Positions 17,501 to 26,570 of a stretch of DNA of 54,245 nt are shown one piece after another. Source of the stretch: a virus (Duplodnaviria; Caudoviricetes); the IMG/VR virus record IMGVR_UViG_3300002852_000041, positions 1 through 54,245 of that record. The stretch is one strand, 5' to 3'. How positions within the stretch are numbered: the first letter of the stretch is position 1; each line of letters begins with the position of its first letter. The notes under the pieces were generated by a model that saw only the letters and a program-made list of their open reading frames with translations, made no database searches and was not told the DNA's origin. Position numbers and translations under genes: made by a program.

Positions 17501-18091
17501 GTCACCCACTGCGCCGGAGAGGGCTGCAACTTTAGACATTTGGGCATCAAAATCCATGGCGATTTTTGCGGTCCCACCCAGAGCAAGGGCAAGGCCTGCG
17601 CCAAAGGCCATAAGAGATGTGCCAATTCCTTGTAGTTTGGGTCCAATTTGTTCAAGACTTGTTCCTGTCCTATTGGCAGAGTTTGCTTGTTCTTCCAATT
17701 GGTTATTAACTCGGCGCAGTTCACCCTCCATCTGCGCCTCGGCTTCTCTTGCCCTAGCCAATCGGACTTCAAGACGTTGGGTAGCGTCAGCATCTGCCCC
17801 TCTTACGGCGACACTTCTTTCATACGCCGTATTTAAGGCGGCAAGATAATTCCTTTGTTCCGCTAATTTTCGACTTAAGAAATCTTGCTTAAGACCTAAT
17901 CTTTCCGTGGCGGATGCGTTATCGTCAAGCCTCGCTGTAGCCGCTCCGAATTCGGCCTGCAAAATCTGCATTTGCCTACTGGTTTCTCTGCCAACTTGAG
18001 ATAGATTCTGCCTCGCCTCGTTGAGGGCTTCTGTGAGCCCCGTAGTATCTAAGTCGAGCCGGACATTTAATTGACCGACATCAGACGACAT
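14555..18091 (-). CDS. Tape measure protein (TP901-family core)
   Basis: FDAQMSKVAA..ALELGSTTQFSASQAA, GIKGEQSGTTLR, MQDNLKG; ATG 18091 after AGGTGG. Confidence 0.95.
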   Translation of the reverse strand: MSSDVGQLNVRLDLDTTGLTEALNEARQNLSQVGRETSRQMQILQAEFGAATARLDDNASATERLGLKQDFLSRKLAEQRNYLAALNTAYERSVAVRGADADATQRLEVRLARAREAEAQMEGELRRVNNQLEEQANSANRTGTSLEQIGPKLQGIGTSLMAFGAGLALALGGTAKIAMDFDAQMSKVAALSGAVGDEFDALRQKALELGSTTQFSASQAAGGMQELAAAGMNSNDIVAAMPGVLAAAAASGEDMALVAETMGSALNTFGLEASQAGHVADVLAAAANMSALGVQDMAYGFKYAAPVAASLGISLEEVSAAMVEMGNAGIKGEQSGTTLRSAMLRLIDPPKEAAAALDSLGISITDSGGKMRPMGDIIGQFETKLSGMTEAQKAQTLATIFGTEAVSGMMVLIEQGAVAFENYTSKLKNSGGAAAETAKIMQDNLKGSMDQLSSSLEGAAISIGSALAPAIRVVADGISEVISRFNQLPESMKTTAAVASAVAAGFALISGPILLLIGSLPTITAGFTTLTGALGLSVGAATTAGAAAATSGISFGALGTALSALTGPVGIAVAALGLIAYKLSEDAVQVDLFGGKVSEATQKAVTAFLDLNTQATTALNQLNWSGQAVSKEAADGIVKNFTGMKDQVVAAMQQQNQESLASMRQFFAESGALTQQNEAEILAKIQETGQAKISATQNSEAAIKQILEAAASERRALTEQEKNDIVAIQQAMVNEGIRALSQGEVESKIILERMAQQHEEITAQEAAAVVANSIKIKDETIRAAEETANRTIAEIIRQRDERGAISADEAQKLIAAAITVKDNTVKAAQDMHLKVVGEAQAQASEHINAVDWETGEIKSMFSSMFNAIKSGFDDNIRSFDAWLTTVMAKLGYARPGFVVKGYETAEGFSEGMDAGAGLVSGSAANLANNAIGAVQNTLEIHSPSQVMHRFGEGVAEGLAGGVEAGGGTVTSAMQTVLQTIIQLCADVLAEIDGLKVQAAANPVVIPVYVDWPADIPEGWIVPGDYDGGGGGHSPDLSDNDNDGWPDGVPPGGVVPGNGNLDANGDGQVGVDEAGGWDNWEDVVHGHATGGVYTKPTLGLFEVAETAAARPEIITPVQMMEDTFEAVLSKAGRFGGDNYYIEKVEIPARDIKEMRDVVDFFSRIKQTARGMGKVVVSVG

Positions 18092-18130
18092 CTGTAACCA
18101 CCTGCCTTTAGGCATAGCAAAAGCCCTGGC

Positions 18131-18421
18131 TTATCCACCGGGGCTCTTGCTATTTACAACCTTTCCACCGAACGCTTTATTCAGCGCAATTATTATGTTT
18201 TTATGATCAGTGGGAGTTTGCTTTTTCTGTTGCTTTTTCTCACCCATAAACTTATCAAAACTTGGGTATTTCTTTGCGTGGTAGGCCTGACGGTTCAGGG
18301 CGCCAATGTGCCAAACCAGCCACTTCATTCTTTGGAGGTCTAATTTTTTTTCACGCCAGTACCCTTCGATCATATACAGGATTTCTACCGAAGTCATATC
18401 GTAAAGCTGTGTCGGGGCCAT
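18131..18421 (-). CDS. Tail assembly chaperone, frameshifted C-terminal part (gpGT-like)
   Basis: Lies between chaperone and TMP; open in the -1 frame from the slippery site. Confidence 0.75.
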   Translation of the reverse strand: MAPTQLYDMTSVEILYMIEGYWREKKLDLQRMKWLVWHIGALNRQAYHAKKYPSFDKFMGEKKQQKKQTPTDHKNIIIALNKAFGGKVVNSKSPGG

Positions 18422-18444
18422 GCGAAGAGGGCCAGCCAGCTCAA

Positions 18445-18750
18445 TTACTTTTCGCCAGTTGGCCCCTTCTTGTTTTTTCCCGTGAACTCCTTAAGAGCTT
18501 CAGTTACTTTTTTACTGACATAATCAAGGCCAGCCTCTTCTATAAAGTCACCTACTTGCTCAAGGGTAAGCATTTTATCCTCGTGGTGTAATCCAGCCCA
18601 GAGCATCGCTCTAATCTCTCTTACACCTGCGTTCTTAGCGTTAACCTGCGTCACAGGCCTGCATATTATCTCCTCGGCGAGAACTAAGGCGTTTATACCT
18701 AAGCGCAGGTTCCTTGGCTTGTCAAGTTCAATAACAATAAACGGTTTCAT
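18445..18750 (-). CDS. Tail assembly chaperone (gpG-like)
   Basis: IELDKPRNLRLGINAL...IRAMLWAGL; follows the major tail gene. Confidence 0.8.
   Translation of the reverse strand: MKPFIVIELDKPRNLRLGINALVLAEEIICRPVTQVNAKNAGVREIRAMLWAGLHHEDKMLTLEQVGDFIEEAGLDYVSKKVTEALKEFTGKNKKGPTGEK
18472..18481 (-). other. Programmed -1 frameshift slippery site GGGAAAAAAC
   Basis: In-frame G GGA AAA AAC; the -1 frame reads KQEGANWRKVIELAGPLRMAPTQ into 18131..18421. Confidence 0.8.
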
Positions 18751-18763
18751 ATGCTACCTCCTA

Positions 18764-19207
18764 TTAAGTTCCCGGGGTCAATGTAGGCTGGCCGGATATC
18801 TTCAGTGCGGCTGAAAAGCCAAGGACACCGTCTGCCGGGTGCGAAAATTCCAGAGATTTGACCTTGGCTGCAAAAGTCCATTTGGATTTATTTGCATCCA
18901 GTTCGGCATCGGGCAGCAAGATTTGATAATTACTCACTGTACCAGCATTGAAGTCTGTAATCATCTGTGCATGAGTTGTTTCCTTGGGTACGAAATTCCC
19001 ATCAATGGAAATCTCACCGCCATCCTTTAAACCGGCTACATACTCCCGCCACCCATTTGAGTCCATGGATGTGACGTCGATGTCTTCAGACTCGAGCTGG
19101 GGACCGCCAATCTCCGTAATTTCCGCAAGAGTGGTAAAAACCTCAGTAGGGGTAGCACCGTTACCACGCTGAAATAGAGTGCCTGATGCATGAATGGCCT
19201 GGGTCAT
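18764..19207 (-). CDS. Major tail (tube) protein
   Basis: IDVTSMDSNGWREYVAGLKDGGEISIDGNF...LKISGQPT. Confidence 0.9.
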   Translation of the reverse strand: MTQAIHASGTLFQRGNGATPTEVFTTLAEITEIGGPQLESEDIDVTSMDSNGWREYVAGLKDGGEISIDGNFVPKETTHAQMITDFNAGTVSNYQILLPDAELDANKSKWTFAAKVKSLEFSHPADGVLGFSAALKISGQPTLTPGT

Positions 19208-19220
19208 TTATCATTCCTCC

Positions 19221-19556
19221 TTATATCGATATCGCCGCCACAGTTACATCTGCAACTGCGGAGTAGGTTACACTTACCAGTCCAGCGCCGTCATTGAACC
19301 GCTTTTGCGCAAACGGGCCGATCCAACGCTCCTGGCCTGCCGGGACTGCCACGTCCAGATCATGGTCGAATCCCTGATCACATTCTGTCTGTGAATTTAC
19401 TGTCACTGTAACAGATCCGACACTACCGTTCTTGACGGCTAAAAAAGTCTTGCCGCCTGCGGCATTCGGAAAGTTATTCCCGGTTGCATCGGCGGCAGTA
19501 AAACTTGGGTTTAACCCGGTAGCCGCCACACTTTGAACAGCTAATGTAGTTGCCAT
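19221..19556 (-). CDS. Small beta-rich structural protein
   Basis: Position in the tail module; strong RBS; FLAVKNG...V.VPAG..RWIGPF. Confidence 0.65.
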   Translation of the reverse strand: MATTLAVQSVAATGLNPSFTAADATGNNFPNAAGGKTFLAVKNGSVGSVTVTVNSQTECDQGFDHDLDVAVPAGQERWIGPFAQKRFNDGAGLVSVTYSAVADVTVAAISI

Positions 19557-19578
19557 TTTTACCTCCTATAGTTTTTTT

Positions 19579-19962
19579 CTAACCGTGCCATATAAAGAAA
19601 TCAACCGACACAATAAAGAGACCGGTTTCTTCTTCGTATAGGTCGGTTTCATTTTGGAAAAATGCCGCCTTCACATTGTCTGCCCCTGGCCAGGCCTCCA
19701 GAGCCGCAGTTACTTGGTCAGCTACCGCCTTGGCCTCAGGGTAAGTTTCAGCAATGCCAGACACCTGCATCCGGGGGCGCTGTAGCCCGCTATAGCCTGA
19801 GTGAGAGTGTATCCTTGTGTTCGATACCTGCATATACACACAGTAGGGCTTCTCCACATCCTGCGGGGCTACCAGGGGGTAAATCCGGTCAGCCACCAGG
19901 GCAATCAATCCCGCGTAACCGGAAAGGTACCCATATAGCCTCTCCTCAATCAAGGGCATCAC
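19579..19962 (-). CDS. Tail completion protein (DUF3168)
   Basis: LVADRIYP..AP....PY.VY; RMQV; position. Confidence 0.85.
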   Translation of the reverse strand: MMPLIEERLYGYLSGYAGLIALVADRIYPLVAPQDVEKPYCVYMQVSNTRIHSHSGYSGLQRPRMQVSGIAETYPEAKAVADQVTAALEAWPGADNVKAAFFQNETDLYEEETGLFIVSVDFFIWHG

Positions 19963-20387
19963 CTCAATACTCTAGCCAATTCTTCACGTATTGCTTGCCT
20001 AATCCTGTCCTCATTCTCATCCAGCGCTGGGCGCAAGAAAGGTTTTTTTGCTATTCCGGGATGATTAACTTTTTCACCGAAAAACTCGCCCGCTGATTTG
20101 TTGGCAAGCACTTCTTTCCTCTTTGGCCTAATCAAGTGGCTACCAACACCGTACTCTATAAAGCGCCATTTCCAATGTCTTTTATCGGGGCCAATTAAAG
20201 CCGTAGAATCCTCAATTTTTATAGCTATACCTGGGTCACCATTGGCCCGGGCCTCCGCCTCTTGTTTAACTATTTCCGCTCCAGCCATGAGGGCTTTTTT
20301 CTTGGCTGGGCCAGCCAATTCTATGCCTATTTGTGATAGCCTGGCAAATAGTTCTCTTTCTCCTGAAATGACTACACCGCCTGCCAT
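19959..20387 (-). CDS. HK97 gp10-family morphogenesis protein
   Basis: KALMAGAEIV..EA, FIEYG, KPFLRPALD. Confidence 0.88.
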   Translation of the reverse strand: MAGGVVISGERELFARLSQIGIELAGPAKKKALMAGAEIVKQEAEARANGDPGIAIKIEDSTALIGPDKRHWKWRFIEYGVGSHLIRPKRKEVLANKSAGEFFGEKVNHPGIAKKPFLRPALDENEDRIRQAIREELARVLR

Positions 20388-20707
20388 TAGGCCACCGCCT
20401 TACATATGATATGCAGCTTGACTTTGGTGTCATCGGGATCATTGGCCCCAAGGATTTTATATATTTTACCGTCAAAACTTACTCTCATATCAGTGGTTAT
20501 GTCTTTGCGGTACCAGATTGTAAAAAGCTCCTGGACTTCAGCATTGACTTTCTGTGCCGCAAAAAACTTCCTTGATGTCTTATGTGCTTTCTCCGCCCAC
20601 ACCGAGACGTAATCTATCCAGTTAGGGATGACCGCGCCGGTGGAATCTTTTTGGGTGCCGGTATTCTGTTTTATCGTTATCCGGCTCCGCATTTTACCAA
20701 TATCCAA
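20387..20707 (-). CDS. Head closure protein (SPP1 gp16-like)
   Basis: GKMRSRITI, W.DY.SVWA, YRKDITTDMRV. Confidence 0.9.
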   Translation of the reverse strand: MDIGKMRSRITIKQNTGTQKDSTGAVIPNWIDYVSVWAEKAHKTSRKFFAAQKVNAEVQELFTIWYRKDITTDMRVSFDGKIYKILGANDPDDTKVKLHIICKAVA

Positions 20708-20721
20708 ACGGTACGCCTCCC

Positions 20722-20985
20722 TTATGATAGGCTCAACTGAGTGAATATCATTAACACAACTTGAGAAACCTTACCTTTGTCTATTGTCACAGCCCGCTTC
20801 AGATACAATTCAGTGATCAATAACAGGCAGGCTACTTTAGCTAAATAGTCCGTGTCAGTGAAGGTTTTGCCAGTCATATCAGTTATAAACACTTCTGCGG
20901 CATTGATAAGCAGGGTGATATAAGCATCGTCATCATCAACCTCTACTTTTAAATGTCCCTTTGCTTCTGCCAGAGTAACAATCAT
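20722..20985 (-). CDS. Head-tail connector (HK97 gp6-like)
   Basis: VTLAEAKGHLKVE.DDDDAYITLLINAAE. Confidence 0.9.
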   Translation of the reverse strand: MIVTLAEAKGHLKVEVDDDDAYITLLINAAEVFITDMTGKTFTDTDYLAKVACLLLITELYLKRAVTIDKGKVSQVVLMIFTQLSLS

Positions 20986-21037
20986 GTTTCATCACTCTCC
21001 CCCTAAGCAAGGAAGAGAAGAGGTATGCCCTCTCCCC

Positions 21038-21628
21038 TTATACCATAAGATAGGCATCAACCACTTTGCCGGCCAGGGCACTATTCAGGTCAATGGTATT
21101 GCTTTCGATAGCTGTGGCGCTAACCGTGACCGTGGGCGCAGTGCCTTCCTTGGTATTATCCAGGTAGGCCGCCAAAATAGTATTGTGTGTAAGCAAATAA
21201 GGCAGGCCCAACTTATCCCCCCAGCCCGCGCTTACCGTATCTGTGCCGGCATGGGTCTCCACAGGCAGATCTATCTGGGTTATTGTCTTAAAGGCCTTAA
21301 CGCCCTCTACAGCTGTGGCCCCATTCAGGGCAATGGTTTCAGTTATTGCCCCGCCCGCGTAATCGGTGCCTGTGATAACTACATCGCCAGCAACCCCCGC
21401 AGCATTACCCTTGACGATAATATTCCTGGGCGCGGCGGGATTGGTTATCCCCTCTGTTATTACCTGGGCTTCTGCTGTAAGTGCTGTTGCAGCCAATACC
21501 CCCGTATTGCTGGTTGCTACGGCGGCCGCCGCACTGACCTGAAAATGAGCCAGAAAGGAGCGGTCACAGGATACCCCCGGCACGTGTGATTGAATCTTTT
21601 GCCCCATTTTATGGTTGAAAGGATACAT
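21038..21628 (-). CDS. Putative capsid decoration/structural protein
   Basis: Ala/Thr/Val-rich; immediately after the MCP. Confidence 0.55.
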   Translation of the reverse strand: MYPFNHKMGQKIQSHVPGVSCDRSFLAHFQVSAAAAVATSNTGVLAATALTAEAQVITEGITNPAAPRNIIVKGNAAGVAGDVVITGTDYAGGAITETIALNGATAVEGVKAFKTITQIDLPVETHAGTDTVSAGWGDKLGLPYLLTHNTILAAYLDNTKEGTAPTVTVSATAIESNTIDLNSALAGKVVDAYLMV

Positions 21629-21661
21629 GTTTTGATACCTCCGTCGTTCTTATTCAAGTCT

Positions 21662-21692
21662 AAAGGCGGAAGAATTTTAGTCTCCCGCCTTT
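21662..21692 (-). terminator. Hairpin after the major capsid gene
   Basis: AAAGGCGG...CCGCCTTT inverted repeat. Confidence 0.6.
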
Positions 21693-21713
21693 AACTAACT
21701 GGTTGTCCGGATA

Positions 21714-22988
21714 TTATGCGCCTTTCTTTACGATAACCACGCCGTTGGGGTCAATAAGCTTACCGTCAACGATCAGGATTGCTTTATCAACCCACTCATT
21801 GGTGTCGTGATCAAAATACCGGAACATGGTCAGCTGCATATTGCTGTTGAGTCCATAGTTTTTCAGATTGCAGTACACAGCCACAACGTCACCAATGGCG
21901 GCATCGTCGTAGTTGGCGATGACATCGTCCTCAACCTGGATAACTTCCTTGCCACCGAATCTCTCCTGGGGGCCGTCCGTGATTCCGTAATTTATCCTGC
22001 CAACGGGCTGCCCGTTAGCGTCCGTCATGCCGTCGATATAGCCCTCGAAGGTGCCGGAGGCCATGAAGAAGGATGCACCAGCCTTATATTTAAGCGGCAT
22101 CTTTGCAAACACTTTCTTTTTCCACTGATCCCAGGCCAGGAAATCAGCAGCTGCAAGTGTGACTTTCTGGGCTGCAGGTACCCGAGTATCCACAGTGATA
22201 CCCAGAGGTTTACCTTCCCCGGTCCCGCTGATTATTGCGAGATCCAAACCCTGCACCATAGCCTCTACAATCAGGTCGGTGATGGTGCTTTCAAACCCCG
22301 TCAGCGTCACGGTATCGGCCAGCAAGGATACGGATACCTTACACTCCAAGCCGTAGTAACTAAAAGATATACTCGTATTCGCAGTTACCTTTTTCTTGTC
22401 CGACGGAGTGCTTTCACCTATCCAGGTTGCAGTCGGCTTCAGCGACAGTATGGGAACCGTCACGCCGCCCTTGATACTGAGTTTTCTTACCCGGCTGAAT
22501 ATCTGACCATACTCAGTAACCTTCCTGATGACCTCATTCAGGATTGTGCTGGGTATCACGGCACTTACATCAGCGGTTGCGGTCATCGCGTCTGCCCTAA
22601 GTTCCGGAGTTATCTCCCCGGTTTTGGCAAACTTCATGAAAGCCGTCCTGTATTCCAAGGTGGCATACCGGTCTTCCGGCTCTGTGGCCCTCTGCTGCTG
22701 GCCATGGGCAACGCCGTAAGTGGCCAGTACTGACGGCACCCCCACAGGAGGAGGTGTAGCACCTCTCTGCTCGTTACCCTCGGGCGGGACAGCCTGAGTA
22801 GGTGCGGCGGGCTCATTGGGGATGGCCTCGATCATGGTGCGCAGTTCCGTAATCTCATCGTTAATGGTTTCCAGTTCAGTATTAATGCTACGCAGTTCCT
22901 TTATATCCTCAGTGGCGTTGGCCTTGGTGCCAAGTTCGGTTTTCCTTGCCTCTTTTTTGACAAGCAGTGCCTGGAGTTTCTTTTTCAT
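21714..22988 (-). CDS. Major capsid protein, HK97 fold with N-terminal delta domain
   Basis: N-terminal coiled coil; IPSTILNEVI, ATWIGE, AIISGTGEGKPLGI. Confidence 0.93.
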   Translation of the reverse strand: MKKKLQALLVKKEARKTELGTKANATEDIKELRSINTELETINDEITELRTMIEAIPNEPAAPTQAVPPEGNEQRGATPPPVGVPSVLATYGVAHGQQQRATEPEDRYATLEYRTAFMKFAKTGEITPELRADAMTATADVSAVIPSTILNEVIRKVTEYGQIFSRVRKLSIKGGVTVPILSLKPTATWIGESTPSDKKKVTANTSISFSYYGLECKVSVSLLADTVTLTGFESTITDLIVEAMVQGLDLAIISGTGEGKPLGITVDTRVPAAQKVTLAAADFLAWDQWKKKVFAKMPLKYKAGASFFMASGTFEGYIDGMTDANGQPVGRINYGITDGPQERFGGKEVIQVEDDVIANYDDAAIGDVVAVYCNLKNYGLNSNMQLTMFRYFDHDTNEWVDKAILIVDGKLIDPNGVVIVKKGA

Positions 22989-23671
22989 CAGCTTAGTCCC
23001 CCTATTTTCATGAGAATTTGGTTCTTTAACTTCAGCGCCTCCAGCTCATTCTTTCCGTTCTCCAACGCTGACCGGGCATTCTCCAATGCCCTCTTCGCAT
23101 TATCCAATGCAAACTGGTCACGAGCTGATATATTGGTATCGCGGTAGGCCGGCATGGTAACTGCCGACACCTCGAATACCTTTTTAACTTTAAGGATGTG
23201 CCTGGTAGGCATATCCTGATCAAGGTTTTCCCAACGCTCTTCAGAAACACGGAAAATAAACGACATCCCGTCGATATCGCTTCGCTGTATTGAGTGATAC
23301 AAACTCCTTGACTCCGCGTTATTTTCGATGTCAGGATAGGATTTCACAAACAAACCTTGATCATCAATTGAGATTTGCATTGTGGACTTACCATTATTTC
23401 TCCTTGAACGCGCCACAGGTATCTTCCTTGTCTCGTGATTTACGCAAAACAACACATCATCGAAGTCACAATCATCGAAGGCCCCACGCTCAATGATTTC
23501 ATAAAACCAGTCGCCTATATTGGTTTTTTTACCGTATACGGCGGCATGTCCTTCGATTACAGGCTTCTCATCCTGCTGAATTGCCCTGAATTCAGCCATT
23601 TCAAAACTTCTGAATTCATTTTTACCCATTCCCACCTCGTCTTTTGTTGGGAGTGTTTTAGCTTTGGCCAC
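22988..23671 (-). CDS. HK97-family prohead protease
   Basis: IEGHAAVY, EIIERGAF, VNH, GMSFIF, EVSAVTMPAY.DT. Confidence 0.95.
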   Translation of the reverse strand: MAKAKTLPTKDEVGMGKNEFRSFEMAEFRAIQQDEKPVIEGHAAVYGKKTNIGDWFYEIIERGAFDDCDFDDVLFCVNHETRKIPVARSRRNNGKSTMQISIDDQGLFVKSYPDIENNAESRSLYHSIQRSDIDGMSFIFRVSEERWENLDQDMPTRHILKVKKVFEVSAVTMPAYRDTNISARDQFALDNAKRALENARSALENGKNELEALKLKNQILMKIGGLS

Positions 23672-23696
23672 CTCTATCTACCTCCATTTCCGCCTT

Positions 23697-23719
23697 AAAA
23701 AAATAGAGCCTTTCGGCTC
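23697..23719 (-). terminator. Intrinsic terminator inside the head operon
   Basis: Minus strand GAGCC-GAAA-GGCTC-TATTTTTTT. Confidence 0.7.
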
Positions 23720-23743
23720 ACTTTTATACTCTGCTGGGCTTTA

Positions 23744-25288
23744 TTAACTCAGATGCCGGTGATCATCGTACCTTGATACTCGGCCGTATAGCGTCAGCGT
23801 CAGTGTCCCGGAGGCTGCCGCAGCATCAGCCGCAACCCCAAGTATTAAACCTTTTGGCAAGGGCCCGCCCAGCGCCTTCCAAGTGGAGCCATTTAACAAT
23901 GCATCTTTTCCAGCAGTTACGGGTTGGCCATAAAAAACACTAGCCTCATCTGCATACCATTCATTACTGCTGTTTAAGCGAATTTTTATAGCCTGGTCCA
24001 GCGAACTCTTTATTACAAGCACCGGATCAAATACGGTCTCTGTTAAAGCTGCGGCCCATTTGGGATTAGTGTCGTTAAAATCTGCAAATCCCTTACTAAG
24101 AAGGGATATCTCCACCGGGTGCCAGGATCTGCTTGCACTCAGAGGATGCAAAAGCGCACTGACGTTTTTTCGTGGCACCGCACGGGTTGTTATGTACGCC
24201 CCCACCCCCGTCTGAGATTGGAGGTAAAACCTGTGCTCGGCATCTGGTCCAAGAAGTCCGTAATAACTCCCGGAAAGCACACCTTCCTGTACCCATGTCG
24301 CCCCGCCGTCAGGACTGACATATACCCACGATAACTCCGATCCCTTCGGGTCGGCCTCTTCAATTCTGACCGATGCTATGAGTATGTTTTTGGACCCGCC
24401 TAGCCCCATGCAGTGGCCGGGTAGGTGTCCTATCTTGCGATAGTTTGTTATATCGTCGAGGTTGGCCGCGTATATAACGGTATCCGGGGAGCTATCATGT
24501 CCCCATACAGCTGTTTTCTGGGGGATGACCGCAAGTCCAACATTTCTATAAGGCGGACTCCCTGTTGCTACCTGTGCCCATGTTCCCCCGTCATCTACGG
24601 ACTTCCACCAGAATGTTTCGGCAGTTGCATCGCCACTGGTAATAATCCATGTTGCAAGTTCACGGATATATTTAACCGTGTGGTAGTGCCTTATTGCTGT
24701 CGTGTCTTTGGTCATGGCCGCAATTGCTGCCCATGTCGCCCCACCGTCGGCAGATTTATATACTTTAAAAGTATCCGGCAAATCGACCCCATACTGGGCA
24801 AATATGACGGTCTCTCCGTTTACATCAATGCCCGCCACCAATATATCCTTGCCCTCGTCCAGTGTACGGGCGAAAGTTGCGCCGGCGTCGGTAGACAAAT
24901 ATACATCGCCATTTTGGCAAACCAAGACCACGTTCCCTGCTGCGGTGACAACTCCGGTCCTAACTGTGGGCACATTCTGAGCAAGTGACCCCGACCAGGT
25001 GTTGCCGCCGTCCGCACTACTGTGGATGTAATTTGTGGCAAGGTCCTGGGCGTACAGCAAATTGCCGGATATTGCAACTACCAAATACGGCAGTTGGGTA
25101 TAATTAAAATTACTCCCCTTTAGCACAGTAGACTCTGCAGCCTCTACCCACCCTGGGGCAGTGTATGTAAGTTTTTTCTTGGTATCGATTTCATAAAATT
25201 CTGCCCCGAGCCTTACGCCATCAGTAGGCTTTGTATCACTCGAAAGACCCTGCCATCGCTGACTTTGTCCTATTAACTCAACTGCCAT
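23744..25288 (-). CDS. Asp-box (BNR) beta-propeller protein between portal and protease
   Basis: Five Asp-box motifs: SADGGNTW, STDAGATF, SADGGATW, SVDDGGTW, SPDGGATW. Confidence 0.8.
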   Translation of the reverse strand: MAVELIGQSQRWQGLSSDTKPTDGVRLGAEFYEIDTKKKLTYTAPGWVEAAESTVLKGSNFNYTQLPYLVVAISGNLLYAQDLATNYIHSSADGGNTWSGSLAQNVPTVRTGVVTAAGNVVLVCQNGDVYLSTDAGATFARTLDEGKDILVAGIDVNGETVIFAQYGVDLPDTFKVYKSADGGATWAAIAAMTKDTTAIRHYHTVKYIRELATWIITSGDATAETFWWKSVDDGGTWAQVATGSPPYRNVGLAVIPQKTAVWGHDSSPDTVIYAANLDDITNYRKIGHLPGHCMGLGGSKNILIASVRIEEADPKGSELSWVYVSPDGGATWVQEGVLSGSYYGLLGPDAEHRFYLQSQTGVGAYITTRAVPRKNVSALLHPLSASRSWHPVEISLLSKGFADFNDTNPKWAAALTETVFDPVLVIKSSLDQAIKIRLNSSNEWYADEASVFYGQPVTAGKDALLNGSTWKALGGPLPKGLILGVAADAAAASGTLTLTLYGRVSRYDDHRHLS

Positions 25289-25309
25289 ATTCTACCCACC
25301 TCCGATTGC

Positions 25310-26566
25310 TTATTTTTTGTCGTCAACATCTTCGTTTTTCATCCCTGCCCGTTTCAGCTGGTACTCGTTTGATATGATCACATCGATGTAGTTAAGGCTC
25401 ATATTCCGAACATGGCCTCCCTTATATGGCGGGTACCCGAACAACTCAAGCAACTCATTATTGGTTAGGGCCCCCCGGTTACCCAGGATGTCTGCAACCG
25501 CTATTTTGTTTTTGACGTTGGTGAACAGGAGTTTCTGAGGATAAAAAACTATCTCATTCCCTACATCAAGTTCTCGTGGGGAGAATATTGTCTTTGAAAA
25601 GGCCTGACCCAAACTGATGAGTATGGGTTCCAGGGTTTTCTCGTAAAACGCCTGATACTGCTCGTCCGTGTAATCCCCGGACAGGATAGGCACTGACACC
25701 CCGTAGTAATTCAGTACCTTGTTTTGCAGGAACTCCAAAGTGTCTTTGTCGAGAAGCTTTGGGTCGATCTTGACAGGAATAAATTCGCCCTTCAGGTCCA
25801 TGGGTAATAGCGCAGATGTTCCAGACTCTAATGCAGCCTCAAACCTTGTTCTCTCCTCATCTTGCTTTTCACCGCTCAGCAAAGTATTTATTTTCAAAAC
25901 TCCACGGACTGCTAAGCTGGTTCTTACGGCTTTGTCCAATCCCTGGAGAACCGTATCATTGATTGCGAGCACCTTAAGCAAGGCTGCGTTGTCCGGCTGG
26001 CCGTTCATCCCGCCGCCCATGATGTCGTTCATGCTGAATTTTTTCCGAAGATGAATAATATCTGCATAGGCCAGCGTGAAGCTATTGCCGTTAGTAAACC
26101 TCAAATCGACGAATAACTTCCCCGCGTCATCCTGAAGAAAAGTGACCTGCGTCGGATTCAGCGGATAAAACGCCGTGTAATTCCGGGTGGTATTGCCCCG
26201 GGCGTCCTCCACCAACTCATACATGGGGTAGATAAAAGCGTTATAGTTCATGTACAGCAGCCAGATAACTTTTTCGATAAAGTCCCGGGTGGTCATGAGC
26301 TCATTGGGCGCAAATTTAAACAGCCGGTTAAGGCTGCCTTTCACGTTTACCTGCATATCGTTGGGGCCTGTTCTAATGTGCTTCGGCTGGAGTTTTGAGC
26401 ATTCCGTTGCTATGACATCAATACACATCTGGACCACATCAGAGGCGTATATATTGGCCCCGAACTGGCTAAATATCGGGCTATACCCGTCCATAAACCT
26501 GACATGCTGCAGCCCTTTATTTCCCTTCGCCGAGAACATGTTTTTAAAATAATCAAGCAGAGCCAC
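25310..26566 (-). CDS. Portal protein (HK97 family)
   Basis: PNELMT..DF, IIHLR, YYGV, T.NELLEL.GYPP..GG. Confidence 0.93.
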   Translation of the reverse strand: MALLDYFKNMFSAKGNKGLQHVRFMDGYSPIFSQFGANIYASDVVQMCIDVIATECSKLQPKHIRTGPNDMQVNVKGSLNRLFKFAPNELMTTRDFIEKVIWLLYMNYNAFIYPMYELVEDARGNTTRNYTAFYPLNPTQVTFLQDDAGKLFVDLRFTNGNSFTLAYADIIHLRKKFSMNDIMGGGMNGQPDNAALLKVLAINDTVLQGLDKAVRTSLAVRGVLKINTLLSGEKQDEERTRFEAALESGTSALLPMDLKGEFIPVKIDPKLLDKDTLEFLQNKVLNYYGVSVPILSGDYTDEQYQAFYEKTLEPILISLGQAFSKTIFSPRELDVGNEIVFYPQKLLFTNVKNKIAVADILGNRGALTNNELLELFGYPPYKGGHVRNMSLNYIDVIISNEYQLKRAGMKNEDVDDKK

Positions 26567-26570
26567 CTCA

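Noticed and set aside
20984-23013. Long plus-strand ORFs opposite head genes (e.g. 21807..22733) and similar shadows elsewhere (42421..43113, 12160..12747)
   Set aside because: Antisense shadows of well-supported genes, with no motifs
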